The position numbers and the translations under genes are program-made. From Eledone cirrhosa (taxonomy: Eukaryota), in contig OZ024742.1 of the NCBI GenBank assembly GCA_964016885.1, positions 312,356,001 to 312,420,000 of the forward strand: 64,000 bases of DNA, in the 5' to 3' direction. Positions 1 through 14,440 of the stretch are shown piece after piece (the first letter of the stretch is position 1; each line of letters starts with the position of its first letter). The notes beneath the pieces are model-generated. The model searched no databases and was not told the origin of the DNA. It saw nothing but the letters and a program-made list of their open reading frames with translations.

Positions 1-990
<990 letters not shown>

Positions 991-993
991 ATA

Positions 994-1092
994 TACTAGC
1001 TCTTTCAATTGCGCAGAGGGTTCTATAGAAATAGTGAACAGCTTCCGTTACCTGGGTGACAAAATCAGCAGTGGGGGAGGGTGCTCTGAAAG
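994..1092 (+). mobile_element. Short internal RTE fragment (family 1), fused to an inverted copy
   Basis: Encodes [32 protein letters not shown], matching the intact ORF at about 19296-19394. Confidence 0.9.
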
Positions 1093-4000
1093 ATCTCGGT
1101 CCAGTGACATTGTCTTGGAAAGGTGTAAGTGTGTGAGGTCGGAATTATATCAAGTCGTCCCAGGATTTTCTGGGTCTGCCTACTCCGTGGCTACCCTCTA
1201 TTTTTATTGCCCTGCACTTTTTTATACAGCTGTCGCCTTTCATGCGCATCACGTGACCATACCAACGTAGTCTTCTCTCGAGTAAACAACATCTGATCCC
1301 TCTTATTCCAAATTTCTCCCTTAGTTCGTTTATGCTTTGCCGTTCACGTATATTACTATTACACATCCAGCGGAGCATGCAAGCTTCGTTTCTCTCCAGT
1401 CTGCGTATATCCTCTGCACACAATGCCCAGGTCTCACTGCCATGTAACATTGCTGATTGTATGCAGGCATCATACAGCCTGCCTTTCATTTTTAGAGAGA
1501 ACCCTTTAGCGGCCAATAGTGGTATAAGCTCTCTCAACTTTTTCCATCCCGTTCTGACTCTAGCAACTGTACTTTCAGAGCACCTTCCCCCACTGCTGAT
1601 TTTGTCACCCAGGTAACGGAAGCTGTCCACTATTTCTATAGAACCCTCTACGCAATTGAAAGAGCTAGTATTTTGTGGGCACTTGCTGCTACTTATTGCA
1701 CCAGAGCACCAGCCACACATAAAATCTATATTCTTAGTTAGCTTACCTGTGATCCCACTACATCTTTTATGTACCCATACTTTGCATTTGGGACATAAAA
1801 TGGAGTTTCTACCTACTCCTTTCCTACACACTGAGCATGGCCATTTCCCAGATGGGACCGGTGCCCTATTTTCCTTCCTACAAACTAGAACTTTAGTCTT
1901 AGACAAGTTAACTTTAAGGCCTTTTGATTCTAGGCCATGCTTCCATGTTTGGAATTTCTTCTCTATTTCAGCCATTGATTTAGCTATGAGCGTTAGATCA
2001 TCTGCGTATAGGAGTTCCCATGGGCAGCCGGTCTTGAACTCCTCTGTTATAGCCTGAAGGGCAATAATAAATAGTAGGGGGCTAAGGACGGAGCCCTGAG
2101 GAACACCAACTTTTACGCTAAACTCTTCATTATATTCGTTGTTAATTCTAACCTTGCTGACTGTTTCTTTATACATGACTTGTATAGGTCTCACAAGCCA
2201 TTCATCAACACCTAGTTTTCTAAGGGCCCACCAGATAATCGAGCGGGGTACTCTGTCAAAGGCTAAGTCAACAAAAGCTAAGTATAGGGGTTTACTTTTA
2301 GCTTGGTACTTCTCCTGTAGTTGTCATACAATGAAAAGAGCGTCTGTTGTACTTTTACCTGACACAAACCCGAACTGCATTTCGTCTAGATCGATTCGCA
2401 CTCTGATTAGTTGCGCTATTACTTTTTCTGTGAACTGACCTTCATGACCTGGTCAATTAATTTAATGCCTCTATAGTTTCCCCTAACTAGGGCATCACCT
2501 TTACCCTTGTAGCAGTTAATGATAATGCTGCTGCGCCAGTCCTTCGGAACGACCCCATTCTGTATGACTTGGTTTACTATCCGGGTGACCATAGTGTGTC
2601 CCACCGTTCCAGATGCTTTCAACATTTCGGCAACTATTTCCGAAGGCCCGGCCGCCTTGCCCGTCTTCATGTCTTTGATCGCCTTACTTATTATACTACC
2701 TTCAACTTGCACTGCTGGTCCCTCTATTGGGTCGATGTGGGGGAAACTGTCTTTCTCCCAATTATTCTCCTCATTTAGTAGCCTTTCGTAGTGACACTTC
2801 CAAGCTACCTTCTTATCAGCGTCAGTGATGGCAAGTACACCATCATCATTAAGGACACACTTCACCCCGACAATATCACTGTTTTCCTTGACACATTGCC
2901 TAGCAATCCTGAACACCTCACGTTTTTGGTCCTCACGTTGTAGAACATGCTTGAACTTTCTTTCCTCTGTTTCCCTTCTTGCGAAGTACACTTGTCTCCT
3001 AGCTTCCCTCCTGGCCACTTGATAGTCTTCTCTACTTCCCCCATGCTTTCCAAGCCTGCTTTCTGGCCTTGATTGACTTCTCTACCTTACTGTTCCACCA
3101 CCAAGTTACTCTCCTCCTGCCTATAGGCCTGCTCCAGCCACAGGTTTCATCTGTCGCCTTCAGCAGGTTAGCTTTCAGGAATTCCCACTGTTCCTCTATA
3201 TTGTACGACTCTAATTGCTCTTCCTTACTATCAAAAGCATCAAGTAATATGCTTTTAAATTTATTACTGGCTGTGGAGTCCTTTAATTTCCATATTTTTC
3301 TCCTGAGGATAGACCTCTTCTGATGTGGAACACGTCTCGTCCTAACTATGAGGTCGCTAATTATGAGTATGTTGAGAGGTGCATTCTTCATGGAGGAGGG
3401 ATTTAGTGTTTACAACAGACACTCTGTCACATCTCCTGGTAAGGATATAATCTACCTGGCTTGTGTGTTCCCCCGATCTATAGGTGATCAAGTGATTGTC
3501 TCGTTTTTTGAAGTTAGTGTTACAGATAGTTAGGTTATTTGTGTCACAGAATTCCAGGATTCTGAAGCCTTCCTCATTTCTAATACCAAACCCATAGCCT
3601 CCATGGATTCCGTCATAGCCGTCACAATGTTGTCCAACGTGACCATTTAGGTCACCAGCAATAATTATATAGTCACTGTCGGTTATTTGGGAGGTAGTGA
3701 GCTATTATCTTATCTGCCCACTTTTCTGCTACCATGATTCCTACTCCACCCAGCCCATTGTCATTTCCCACCCAGAAAAGCTTATAGCATCGTTCTTTAC
3801 CCACGATGAATCTAGCAGACCCACCCCTCCACCTGGTCTCTTGAATACAACAAACATCGACCTCCTTACGTTCAAGCATTTCTACAACCTCGTTAGAGCG
3901 ACCCTTTAAGGTGCCTACATTTATGGTACCAACTCTGAAGTTTTGGATTGCGTTTCGAGGGTGGGAGCGGTGGGACGCGGGAAAGAGAGATGGGGTTATG

Positions 4001-4325
4001 TTAGCCATCCGCGGCCGAAACAAAGAGGAGGAGTCCTTGCATTCTCGTCCATGAGGTGAATTTGTCTTTATCTTTGGCATTGTCATTGAGTGTCCAGATT
4101 TTTTCTTTTCAAACTCTCCAGAATTCCGTAGTCCATCCATCATATCGAAAGGCAACCAGGTAGGCGATAGCATAGGCCGCTGACTTATGATTGGCCCACG
4201 TAATAATGGTGGTGCGTGGGGGCGGGTGGGAGGGATATTGGGTAGTTAGTGAGAAGGTTAAGGTTTAAATAAGATCCCGTATTTTGGGCATAATTTAACA
4301 CGCATAAAACAATAATACAAGATTT
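1093..4325 (-). pseudogene. Degraded near-full-length RTE LINE (family 1; APE-RT-PHD) with a probable 5' UTR and no 3' UTR
   Basis: ORF pieces 3673-4173, 3032-3391, 2419-3018 and 1145-2194 align to the intact ORF ([31 protein letters not shown]). It carries frameshifts and an internal deletion of about 140 bp near 3705. The 5' boundary is approximate. Confidence 0.92.
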
Positions 4326-4347
4326 GTATATGTATTTGATATGTATA

Positions 4348-4379
<32 letters not shown>

Positions 4380-4420
4380 CATACATATATATATATGCAT
4401 ACATATATATATATGCATAC

Positions 4421-4459
<39 letters not shown>

Positions 4460-4715
4460 CATATATATATATATACATACATATATATATATACATACAT
4501 ACATATATATATATATACATACATACATACATATATACATACATACATACATATATATATATATACATACATACATATATATATATATACATACATACAT
4601 ATATATATATATACATACATACATATATATATATATACATACATACATATATATATATACATACATACATATATATATATACATACATACATACATATAT
4701 ATATATACATACATA
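4326..4715. repeat. (TA)n/(TACA)n microsatellite
   Basis: Read directly. Confidence 0.97.
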
Positions 4716-5201
4716 CAGTCAGTAGGCATCTCTATCAAAACACACCCCCGTGCCACCACCTCCACCCCACCCACATCGCCCCTTTCAATGTAAAGTTATG
4801 TTGGTCCCACAACATCCAGGCCGAAACAAATGAGATCGTGTAGGTGTCATGACAAAAAAACACACAGTCCACGCTGTAAATGTGGCCGTGTAGGCAACAC
4901 GGTAAAAACCTCCCAGCCCCACACTGTAAATGTGGTTGGTGTTAGGAAGGGCATCCAGCTGTAGAAAACCCGCCAGACAGTCCACGCTGTAATGTGGCCG
5001 TGTAGGCAACACGGTAAAAACCTCCCAGCCCCACACTGTAAATGTGGTTGGTGTTAGGAAGGGCATCCAACTGTAGAAAACCCGCCAGACAGTCCTATGC
5101 GAGCAAGACAACCACTCTTGCCTCAAGTGGGAAAACCCCCGTCCAAACCCATGCAAGCGTGGAACACGGACGCTAAACCTGATGATGATGATGATGATGA
5201 T
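4716..5201 (+). mobile_element. RTE family 1 3'-UTR-only copy with an internal tandem duplication and (GAT)n tail
   Basis: Matches 19935-20306. Segment 4864-4976 is repeated at 4977-5088. Confidence 0.92.
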
Positions 5202-5277
5202 ACATATATTTATATACATACATACATACATATATATATATATACATACATACATATATATACATACATACATACAT

Positions 5278-5310
<33 letters not shown>

Positions 5311-5317
5311 CATACAT

Positions 5318-6983
5318 GCTCTTTTCATTGTACGACAACTACAGGAGAAGTACCTAGCTAAAAGTAAACCCCTATACTTAGCTTTTGTCGACTTGGAGAA
5401 AGCCTTCGACAGAGTCCCCCGTTCCATTATCTGGTGGGCTCTTGACGAATGGCTTGTGAGAGCTATACAAGCCATGTATAAAGAAACAGTCAGCAAGGTT
5501 AGAATAAACAACGAATATAGTGAAGAGTTTAGCGTAAAAGTTGGTATCCATCAGGGCTCTGTTCTTAGACCCCTACTATTTATTATTGCCCTTCAGGCTA
5601 TAACAGAGGAGTTCAAGACCGGCTGCCCATGGGAACTCCTATACGCAGATGATCTAATGCTCATAGCTGAATCAATGGCCGAGCTAGAGAAGAAATTCCA
5701 AACATAGAAGCACGGCCTAGAATCAAAAGGCCTTAAAATTAACCTGGCTAAGACTAAAGTTCTAGTTTGTAGGAAAGAAAATAAGGCGCCGGTCGCTTCC
5801 GGGAAATGGCCATGCTCAGTGTGTAGGAAAGGCGTAGGTAGAAACTCTATTTTATGTCCCAAATGCAAAGTATGGGTGCATAAAAGATGTAGTGGGATCA
5901 CAGGTAAGCTAACTAAGAACATAGATTTTACATGTGGCCGGCGCTCTGGTGCAATAAGGAGCAGCAAGTGCCCACAAAATACTAGCTCTTTCAATTGCGT
6001 AGAGGGTTCTATAGAAATAGTGGACAGCTTCCGTTGCCTGGGCGACAAAATCAGCAGTGGGGGAGGGTGCTCTGAAAGTACAGTTGCTAGAGTCAGAACC
6101 GGTTGGAAAAAGTTCAGAGAGCTTATACCACTATTAGCCGCTAAAGGGTTCTCCCTAAGAATGAGAGGCAGGTTGTATGATCCCTGCATACGAACAGCAA
6201 TGTTGCATGGCAGTGAGACCTGGGCATTGTGTGCAGAGGATATACGCAGACTAGAGAGGAACGAAGCTTGCATGCTCCGCTGGATGTGTAATAGTAACAT
6301 ACGTGAACGGCAAAGCATATGCGAACTAAGGAAAAAATTAGAAATAAGAGGGATCAGATGTTGTTTACTCGAGAGAAGGCTACGTTGGTATGGTCACGTG
6401 ATGCGCATGAAAGACGACAGCTGTATAACAAAGTGCAGGGCAATAAAGATAGACGGTAGCTACGGAGTAGGCAGACCCAGAAAAACCTGGGACGAGCTGA
6501 TAAATTCTGACCTCACAGTTACACCTCTCCAAGACAATGTCACTGGACCGAGACCTTTGGCGGTACTCAGTAATAGAGAAGACCCGCCTTACCTAAATAC
6601 AAAGTAAAACCTACTACAGCCAGTAGGCATCTCTAACAAAATACACCCCCGTCCCACCACCCCCACCCCATCCACACCGCCCCTTCAATGTAAAGTTATG
6701 TTGGTGCCACAACATCCAGGCCGAAACAAATGAGATCGGGTAGGTGTCACGACAAAAAAACACACAGTCCACGCTGTAATGTGGCCGTGTAGGCAACACG
6801 GTAAAAACCTCCCAGCCCCACACTGTAAATGTGGTTGGTGTTAGGAAGGGCATGCAGCTGTAGAAAACCCGCCAGACAGTCCTATGCGAGCAAGACAATC
6901 ACTCTTGCCTCAAGTGGGAAAACCCCCGTCCAAACCCATGCAAGCGTGGAACACGGACGTTAAACGTTGATGATGATGATGAT
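5318..6983 (+). pseudogene. 5'-truncated RTE family 1 copy (RT C-terminal half, PHD, 3' UTR, (GAT)n tail)
   Basis: Contains [17 protein letters not shown] and LYADD, with an in-frame stop at 5705-5707 and a 15-bp deletion (WALDEW versus [11 protein letters not shown]). Confidence 0.95.
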
Positions 6984-6991
6984 ACATACAT

Positions 6992-7032
<41 letters not shown>

Positions 7033-7558
7033 CATACATATATATATACATTTATATACATACTTATATATATATATATATACATTTATATATATATATA
7101 CATATATATACATACATATATATATATATATACATTTATATATATTTATATACATACATATATATATACATTTATATATATTTATATACATACATATACA
7201 TATATATATATACATTTATATATATTTATATACATACATATACATACATATATATATATATACATTTATATATATATATATATATATATACATATATATA
7301 CATACATATATATATACATCTATATATATTTATATACATACATATACATACATATATATATACATCTATATATATTTATATACATACATATACATACATA
7401 TATATATACATCTATATATATTTATATACATACATATATATATATATATATACATTTATATATATATATATACATACATATACATACATATATATATATA
7501 TATACATTTATATATATATATATACATACATATATATAAATATACATTTATATATATA
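6984..7558. repeat. (TA)n/(TACA)n microsatellite
   Basis: Read directly. Confidence 0.97.
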
Positions 7559-7966
7559 TGGTGGCTGCCAACTCGTTTTCGAGTACGGCCACTACCTCAT
7601 ATCCATGTAGGAGAACTTCTACCATGCGCTGAACGAGTGTGACTTTTTAGTCCAGCCAGCGACTTGAAAACTCTGGTACAAACACTACACCTGTGACAAT
7701 TATTGACACATAGTGCTGGGCCAATGGTACCATGTGACGACAAGTGCAGAGAGATCTCCAGATATAAAGCAATGCCTGTGCCGTGAAGCTTTTATAGTGA
7801 GCAAAGGCACTGCACAAAGCCAGTCCCACTCTCTTAACCAAGATAATATTTACCAAAAAGAAGAACAAGTCAACATCATTGGATACCATCAGGGTTGCAG
7901 GTGTTATATAAGTTTTCCTTCTCCTAGAATTCTGCCTTGACAAAGGCTAAGGGGTCATCTCTCCCA
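7559..7966 (-). mobile_element. Short non-autonomous RTE-like element (5'-UTR-like head plus a 3' end with a C2H2 finger and terminal stem-loop)
   Basis: The minus strand encodes [22 protein letters not shown] (C-x2-C-x12-H-x4-H, 7624-7689), then a stop at 7597-7599 and the hairpin GTGGC..ACTCG-AAAA-CGAGT..GCCAC at the microsatellite edge. The head contains CCTTAGCCTTTGTCAAGGCAG..CTAGGAGAAGGAAAACT, reminiscent of RTE 5' UTRs. Confidence 0.6.
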
Positions 7967-8072
7967 GATACATACATATATATAAATATACATTTATATA
8001 TATATATATACATATATATATACATACATATATATATATACATACATATATATATATATATATATACATTTA

Positions 8073-8114
<42 letters not shown>

Positions 8115-8182
8115 CATATATATACATATATATACATTTATATATATATATATATATACATATATATACATATATATACATT

Positions 8183-8214
<32 letters not shown>

Positions 8215-8353
8215 CATATATATACATACATATATATATATATACATATATATATAAACATTTATATATATATATATACATATATATACAAACATTTATA
8301 TATATATATACATATATATATACAAACATTTATATATATATATATATATATAC

Positions 8354-8395
<42 letters not shown>

Positions 8396-8411
8396 TCATA
8401 TATATATATAC

Positions 8412-8442
<31 letters not shown>

Positions 8443-8513
8443 CATACATATATATATATATATACATACATTCATATATATATATACATACATATATATA
8501 TATATACATACAT

Positions 8514-8544
<31 letters not shown>

Positions 8545-9115
8545 AATACATATACATACATATATATATATATATATAAATACATATACATACATATATA
8601 TATATACATACATATACATACACATACATATATATATATATAAATACATATACATACACATACATATATATATATATAAATACATATACATACATATACA
8701 TACATATATATATATATAAATACATATACATACATATATATATATACATACATATACATACATATATATCTATATATACATACATATACATACATATATA
8801 TATATATACATACATATACATACATACATATATATATACATACATATACATACATACATATATATATACATACATATACATACATATATATATATATACA
8901 TACATATACATACATATATATATACATACATATACATACATACATATATATACATACATATACATACATATATATATACATACATATACATACATATATA
9001 TATATATACATACATATACATACATATATATATATATATACATACATATACATACATATATATATATATACATACATATACATACATATATATATATATA
9101 CATACATATACATAC

Positions 9116-9146
<31 letters not shown>

Positions 9147-9177
9147 CATACATATATATATACATACATATACATAC

Positions 9178-9208
<31 letters not shown>

Positions 9209-9245
9209 CATACATATATATATACATACATATATATATACATAC

Positions 9246-9276
<31 letters not shown>

Positions 9277-9322
9277 CATATACATATATACATATATATA
9301 TATACATACATATACATATATA

Positions 9323-9354
<32 letters not shown>

Positions 9355-9372
9355 CATACATATACATATATA

Positions 9373-9410
<38 letters not shown>

Positions 9411-9447
9411 CATACATATACATACATATATATATATATACATACAC

Positions 9448-9486
<39 letters not shown>

Positions 9487-9736
9487 CATACATAAATATA
9501 TATACATACATACATATATATATATACATACATACATATATACATACATATACATAAACATACATATATATATATACATACATATATATATATACATACA
9601 TATACATACATACATATACATATATATATATATACATACATATATATATATATATACACATACATATACATACATACATATATATATATACATACATATA
9701 CATACATACATATATATATATATACATACATACATA
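7967..9736. repeat. About 1.8-kb (TA)n/(TACA)n microsatellite
   Basis: Read directly. Confidence 0.98.
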
Positions 9737-9823
9737 TAACTTTGAATAACTTTGAAATGTTTTGGCCAGTATTGGCCCAGGCCATGTCTAACTTAATAGC
9801 ACCACCTGGCGAAGTCTTTCAAT

Positions 9824-12800
9824 TCAGGATTTGGGCACCATGGCCCATTCGAGAAGAGAATTACTGTTTGCGGAGACATATCCGGGTGTGGGTGGTTTGT
9901 CCGGGATTACTTGGAGGAATTTGTCCAAAGACTTCTTGAATTTTGTGTGGTCAGTTTCTGTTTTGACGTGTCCTGGTGTGATGTTGAAGAGAGCAGGGCC
10001 GATTGAGGTGAAATAATTGTGCCGTATTGTTGTTATGAGTTGCGATTTAGATTTTTGAATGGGACGGATAGCACGGGGCCCAAGCCTTGGGTGTATCTTG
10101 AAGGCGATGCCAACATCATTTGGGCAGTGATGATGGAACATTTTCCACATCATGCAGATAATATAACGCTCACGGCGACGTTGGAGTGAGTAAAGTTTCA
10201 GGTTTTCCAATCGACCCCAGTAGTCAAGGTCTGACATGCCATCTATCTTTTTCGTGATTGCCCTTTGAGGAGCTTCAAGTTTCATGATACTTTGTTTCGT
10301 GTGGGGAGACCACAGTGGACAACAGTATTCAAGGTGTGGTCGGGCGAAAGTAGAGAAGAGAAGGATAATGGTGCGGGAATCTCTCGACTGGAAGGTTCTG
10401 AGGATCCAGGAACACATTCTGCGGGCCATGTCAACTTTGCTGCTTATATGCGTGGTCCAGCTTATGTTGCTGTCCACGGTTACTCCCAAGTCTCTGATGT
10501 TGTTAGATGCCACGAGAGTTTCCCCGGAGGGAAGGGAGTACGGGAGTTTCAGAGCATCCTCTTTTCCAAAGTGGATCAGTTCGAATTTGTCTTCGTTCAG
10601 TAACATGTTGTTCTTTTCTGCCCATTGGGTAACAGCCAGTAGGTGTGACTGAAGGCTTATCCGGTCATCCACGCCATTGATGACCTTTTGGAGCTTGGAA
10701 TCATCAGCGAAAATTTTAATGTTGCTGTGTTTGATGATGTCAGTGATGTCATTAATATAGATGATGAAGAGAAGTGGGCCCAACACAGTGCCTTGTGGGA
10801 CTCCACTACTGACTTTGGCTGGGCTTGATTTGACTCCCTCAACTACAACATGTTGGGTTCTGTTTGACAGGAAGCTCTTGATCCACTGCAGCAGCTTTCC
10901 AGTGACACCAATATTGGACAGCTTTCTCAGTAGAATGTTATGATCAACCCTGTCAAAGGCCTTGCTGAAATCAAGGTAGATAACATCAGTGTTGGAACCC
11001 TCTCCCAAGGCTCTCAAAATGTCATCAAAGTGATGCAGTAGTTGCGTCAGGCAATCCCTTCCATTACGGAATCCATGCTGGTTGGAGTTCAGCATATTGT
11101 TACTCTCAAGGAAGTGGGTCATTCGCGATCTCACCACTCGCTCAAATACCTTAATGATATGAGAGGTGAGTGAGATTGGACGGTAATTCACGGCAAGGGA
11201 TTTGTTTCCCTTTTTGAAAACTGGGACAACAGACTGGGATAGAAGGTTTTCTGGCACATATCCAGCATCCAGTGAGTTCCGCCACAGATTGGCAAGAGGA
11301 GAAGCAAGTTGGTGTTGACACGCCTTCAAGACACAAGCAGGGAACCTATCGGGACCTACTGCTGAATTATGCTTGATTTCCTTTATTGCCGCCAAGACAT
11401 CAGGGGCGCCAAACGTTATGTCCGATAAGGTGTAATGGGGAGTAACATCGCCGATACAGCCCAGATCGGCCATATCAGGATTGCTGAAAACAGAGCAGTA
11501 TTGTTTCTGCAGTATCTCACCCATGGTTTTAGCATTGTCTTGAAGAGTGCCATTTTCATCAATTAGAGGGCCAACAGTAGAGCCAGTGATTTTGTGTTTT
11601 TTTGCAAATGAAAAGAACACTTTGGGATTGAGTTTGATCTTCTCAATGGCCCAGGCCTCTTCAGCTCTTCTCTGATTGTTGATGAGGGACATTATGTTGT
11701 TTTGGAGGTTATGTTTTTTAATCTCTAGTGATGAAATGGCAGTCAAGTTGATGTGTTGCTGCTGACAGTATTTCAGATTGTTGATTTTTTTGTTCGTTCT
11801 CTTAATTTTTCTGATGAGCGTTTTTCTATTTCTAGGGATTCTGCTGTTAGATTTGTTTATAGTTCTTAATGGGGTGTGTTTAGCACATATGTTTGTAACA
11901 GTGTCCACAAATGTCTGCCAGGACTTTTTGATGTTAGTGGGTGTATGAGTGTGCGTGAAGGACCAGTCGACATGTGCAAGATCATGACTGATCGCTTCCC
12001 AGTTTGCATTGTGGAAATCCATAGCGTCAAACGGATGGGCAGGAGAAATGACATTGGGTTTGTATATTGGACGGTGGAATCTCAGATCACAGAGAACCAT
12101 GTCATGATCAGAGAGTAGAGTTTTCTCCACTGCAATATTGTGGATATTGTCAGTGTGATTGCTGAAAATTAAGTCTAGGACGTTTTTGTGGCACCTCGTT
12201 GGTTCGAGCACTAGTTGGGATAGGAAGAAATCATCCATGAAGTCAAGAAGCGATTCCACAGCTTCCCTGTCAGAGGTTGAGGCAGAAGAACCTGGTGGCA
12301 GGGTGTTTGTGGACCAGTCAACTCCGGGGAGGTTGAAGTCCCCCATCATTAAGATGTTGTCAGGGTGACACTCTTGGATGAAACACTTTATGCTGTTGAG
12401 GTATTCCTTGAAGCATGGTACAGGCGTTTGGGGTGGCCTATAGAGCCCAACTACTAATAGGTTGTTGGTTTGACTGAATACAGTGACTGCCTCACAGTAT
12501 CCATTAGTGAATATGTTCATAGCCTCTGTTGAGAAAGAATTATGGACATAAATGGCAGTTCCGCCCTTTCTTCTGCCAGCGCGATCAGCACGGATGGCTT
12601 TGAAATTTTTCACTTTCACCTCGGCTTCCAAGTGGAGGTTACTGAGATGGGTTTCAGTGAGGACGAAGAAAGGGATGTGGTTTGGATGGACATCAATCCA
12701 GTCCTCCAGGAATTTGATCTTCCATTTTTGAGTATTGGTGGAAGGGCTGATGCCTTGGGCGTTAAGCAAAAATGTAGAGGCGAGAGTGGATGGTTTTAAT

Positions 12801-12844
12801 TGTTTTGGTGTGTTGTTAATTTGTTTGTTTGTTAATGGCAGCAA
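9824..12844 (-). CDS. LINE ORF2: APE endonuclease plus reverse transcriptase (1006 aa, uninterrupted)
   Basis: APE motifs LNAQGI, LTETHL, MGDFN, LDLIFS and SDH. RT motifs [36 protein letters not shown] and FADD. Confidence 0.95.
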   Translation of the reverse strand: MLPLTNKQINNTPKQLKPSTLASTFLLNAQGISPSTNTQKWKIKFLEDWIDVHPNHIPFFVLTETHLSNLHLEAEVKVKNFKAIRADRAGRRKGGTAIYVHNSFSTEAMNIFTNGYCEAVTVFSQTNNLLVVGLYRPPQTPVPCFKEYLNSIKCFIQECHPDNILMMGDFNLPGVDWSTNTLPPGSSASTSDREAVESLLDFMDDFFLSQLVLEPTRCHKNVLDLIFSNHTDNIHNIAVEKTLLSDHDMVLCDLRFHRPIYKPNVISPAHPFDAMDFHNANWEAISHDLAHVDWSFTHTHTPTNIKKSWQTFVDTVTNICAKHTPLRTINKSNSRIPRNRKTLIRKIKRTNKKINNLKYCQQQHINLTAISSLEIKKHNLQNNIMSLINNQRRAEEAWAIEKIKLNPKVFFSFAKKHKITGSTVGPLIDENGTLQDNAKTMGEILQKQYCSVFSNPDMADLGCIGDVTPHYTLSDITFGAPDVLAAIKEIKHNSAVGPDRFPACVLKACQHQLASPLANLWRNSLDAGYVPENLLSQSVVPVFKKGNKSLAVNYRPISLTSHIIKVFERVVRSRMTHFLESNNMLNSNQHGFRNGRDCLTQLLHHFDDILRALGEGSNTDVIYLDFSKAFDRVDHNILLRKLSNIGVTGKLLQWIKSFLSNRTQHVVVEGVKSSPAKVSSGVPQGTVLGPLLFIIYINDITDIIKHSNIKIFADDSKLQKVINGVDDRISLQSHLLAVTQWAEKNNMLLNEDKFELIHFGKEDALKLPYSLPSGETLVASNNIRDLGVTVDSNISWTTHISSKVDMARRMCSWILRTFQSRDSRTIILLFSTFARPHLEYCCPLWSPHTKQSIMKLEAPQRAITKKIDGMSDLDYWGRLENLKLYSLQRRRERYIICMMWKMFHHHCPNDVGIAFKIHPRLGPRAIRPIQKSKSQLITTIRHNYFTSIGPALFNITPGHVKTETDHTKFKKSLDKFLQVIPDKPPTPGYVSANSNSLLEWAMVPKS

Positions 12845-13340
12845 TGGGAGTTTGTGCAGTGGGGTGATAGTGGAGGGTGGTGCTGGGTGATAGCTCGAAT
12901 GTTTTTTTCCAGTTCTTTTGCCAGATTCATTATGGCTAAAAAAGAGGAAGAAGTTTCCTGTTTAGAAGACTGTTGGTGACTGTGGTAGTGGTTATTTTTA
13001 TGTAGGTTATGGTTTTTGTTTTTGCTTTTATTTTTAATTTTATTTTCATTTATCCGACGGGTCCCCGGGAGATGGGTAAAGGGACAATCCCGGTCTAAAC
13101 ACAATCTGTCTCGCAGGGAAAAACGGCAGATTTGTGGATTCCTTGTTTGAGTTATTGGTGGTTGTGTTGGTGTTAAATTAGAGTATGTATTATGGTGGTG
13201 GCTGTTTGTGGGGATAGATCGTTTTGTCCTAGGTAAATGGGTGAATTTGCAGCCACTATCCGTACATATTCTATAGCGTAGAGAGTAGCGGCAAATGATG
13301 GGGTTTCGAGTGGGTGGGTATGTGGGTGTGGGTGTTGTGA
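12832..13340 (-). CDS. LINE ORF1 C-terminal part with two CCCH zinc fingers (N-terminus lost)
   Basis: [19 protein letters not shown] (13237-13293) and [19 protein letters not shown] (13072-13128) are both C-x8-C-x4-C-x3-H. The stop overlaps the ORF2 start by 13 nt. Confidence 0.8.
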
Positions 13341-13497
13341 TATATATATACATACATATACATACATACATATATATATATACATACATATATATATATA
13401 CATACATACATATATATATATATATACATACATACACATACATACATATATATATATACATACATATATATATATATACATACATACATATATATAC

Positions 13498-13558
<61 letters not shown>

Positions 13559-13599
13559 CACATACATATATATACATACATACATATACATACATATAC

Positions 13600-13660
<61 letters not shown>

Positions 13661-13693
13661 CGTACATATATATACATACATATATATACGTAC

Positions 13694-13752
<59 letters not shown>

Positions 13753-13927
13753 CATTCATATACATACATATATATATATACATACATATATATACATATA
13801 CATATATATGTACATATATATATATATATACATACATATATACATATACATACATATATACATATACATACATATACACATATACATACATATACACATA
13901 TACATACATATATACATATACATACAT

Positions 13928-13958
<31 letters not shown>

Positions 13959-14106
13959 CATACACATACATATATATATACATACACACATATACATACA
14001 TATACATACATATATACATATACATACATATACATATACATACATATATATATATATATATACATATGTATATGTATGTATATGTATATACCTATGTATA
14101 TGTATG

Positions 14107-14159
<53 letters not shown>

Positions 14160-14164
14160 GTATG

Positions 14165-14199
<35 letters not shown>

Positions 14200-14206
14200 G
14201 TATATG

Positions 14207-14237
<31 letters not shown>

Positions 14238-14244
14238 GTATATG

Positions 14245-14276
<32 letters not shown>

Positions 14277-14440
14277 TGTATGTATGTATGTATATATATA
14301 TGTATCTATGTATGTATATATATGTATGTATGTATATATATATATGTATGTATGTATATGTATGTATATATATATATGTATGTATATGTATATGTGTGTA
14401 TGTATATATATATATATATGTATGTGTATGTATATATATA
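13341..14440. repeat. Microsatellite with a polarity switch: (TACA)-type to about 14065, (TATG)-type afterwards
   Basis: The switch is at ...TACATATGTA... near 14066. Confidence 0.95.

Larger units (their letters stand above)
9737..13340 (-). mobile_element. CR1/L2-group LINE, 5'-truncated within ORF1, with a short 3' UTR ending in (TTCAAAGTTA)2
   Basis: Two-ORF layout, CR1-like RT motifs and a short tandem-repeat tail, flanked by microsatellite on both sides. Confidence 0.9.

Noticed and set aside
4060-4325. HDV-like ribozyme in the RTE 5' UTR
   Set aside because: I could not build the nested double pseudoknot by eye. A descriptor search is needed.
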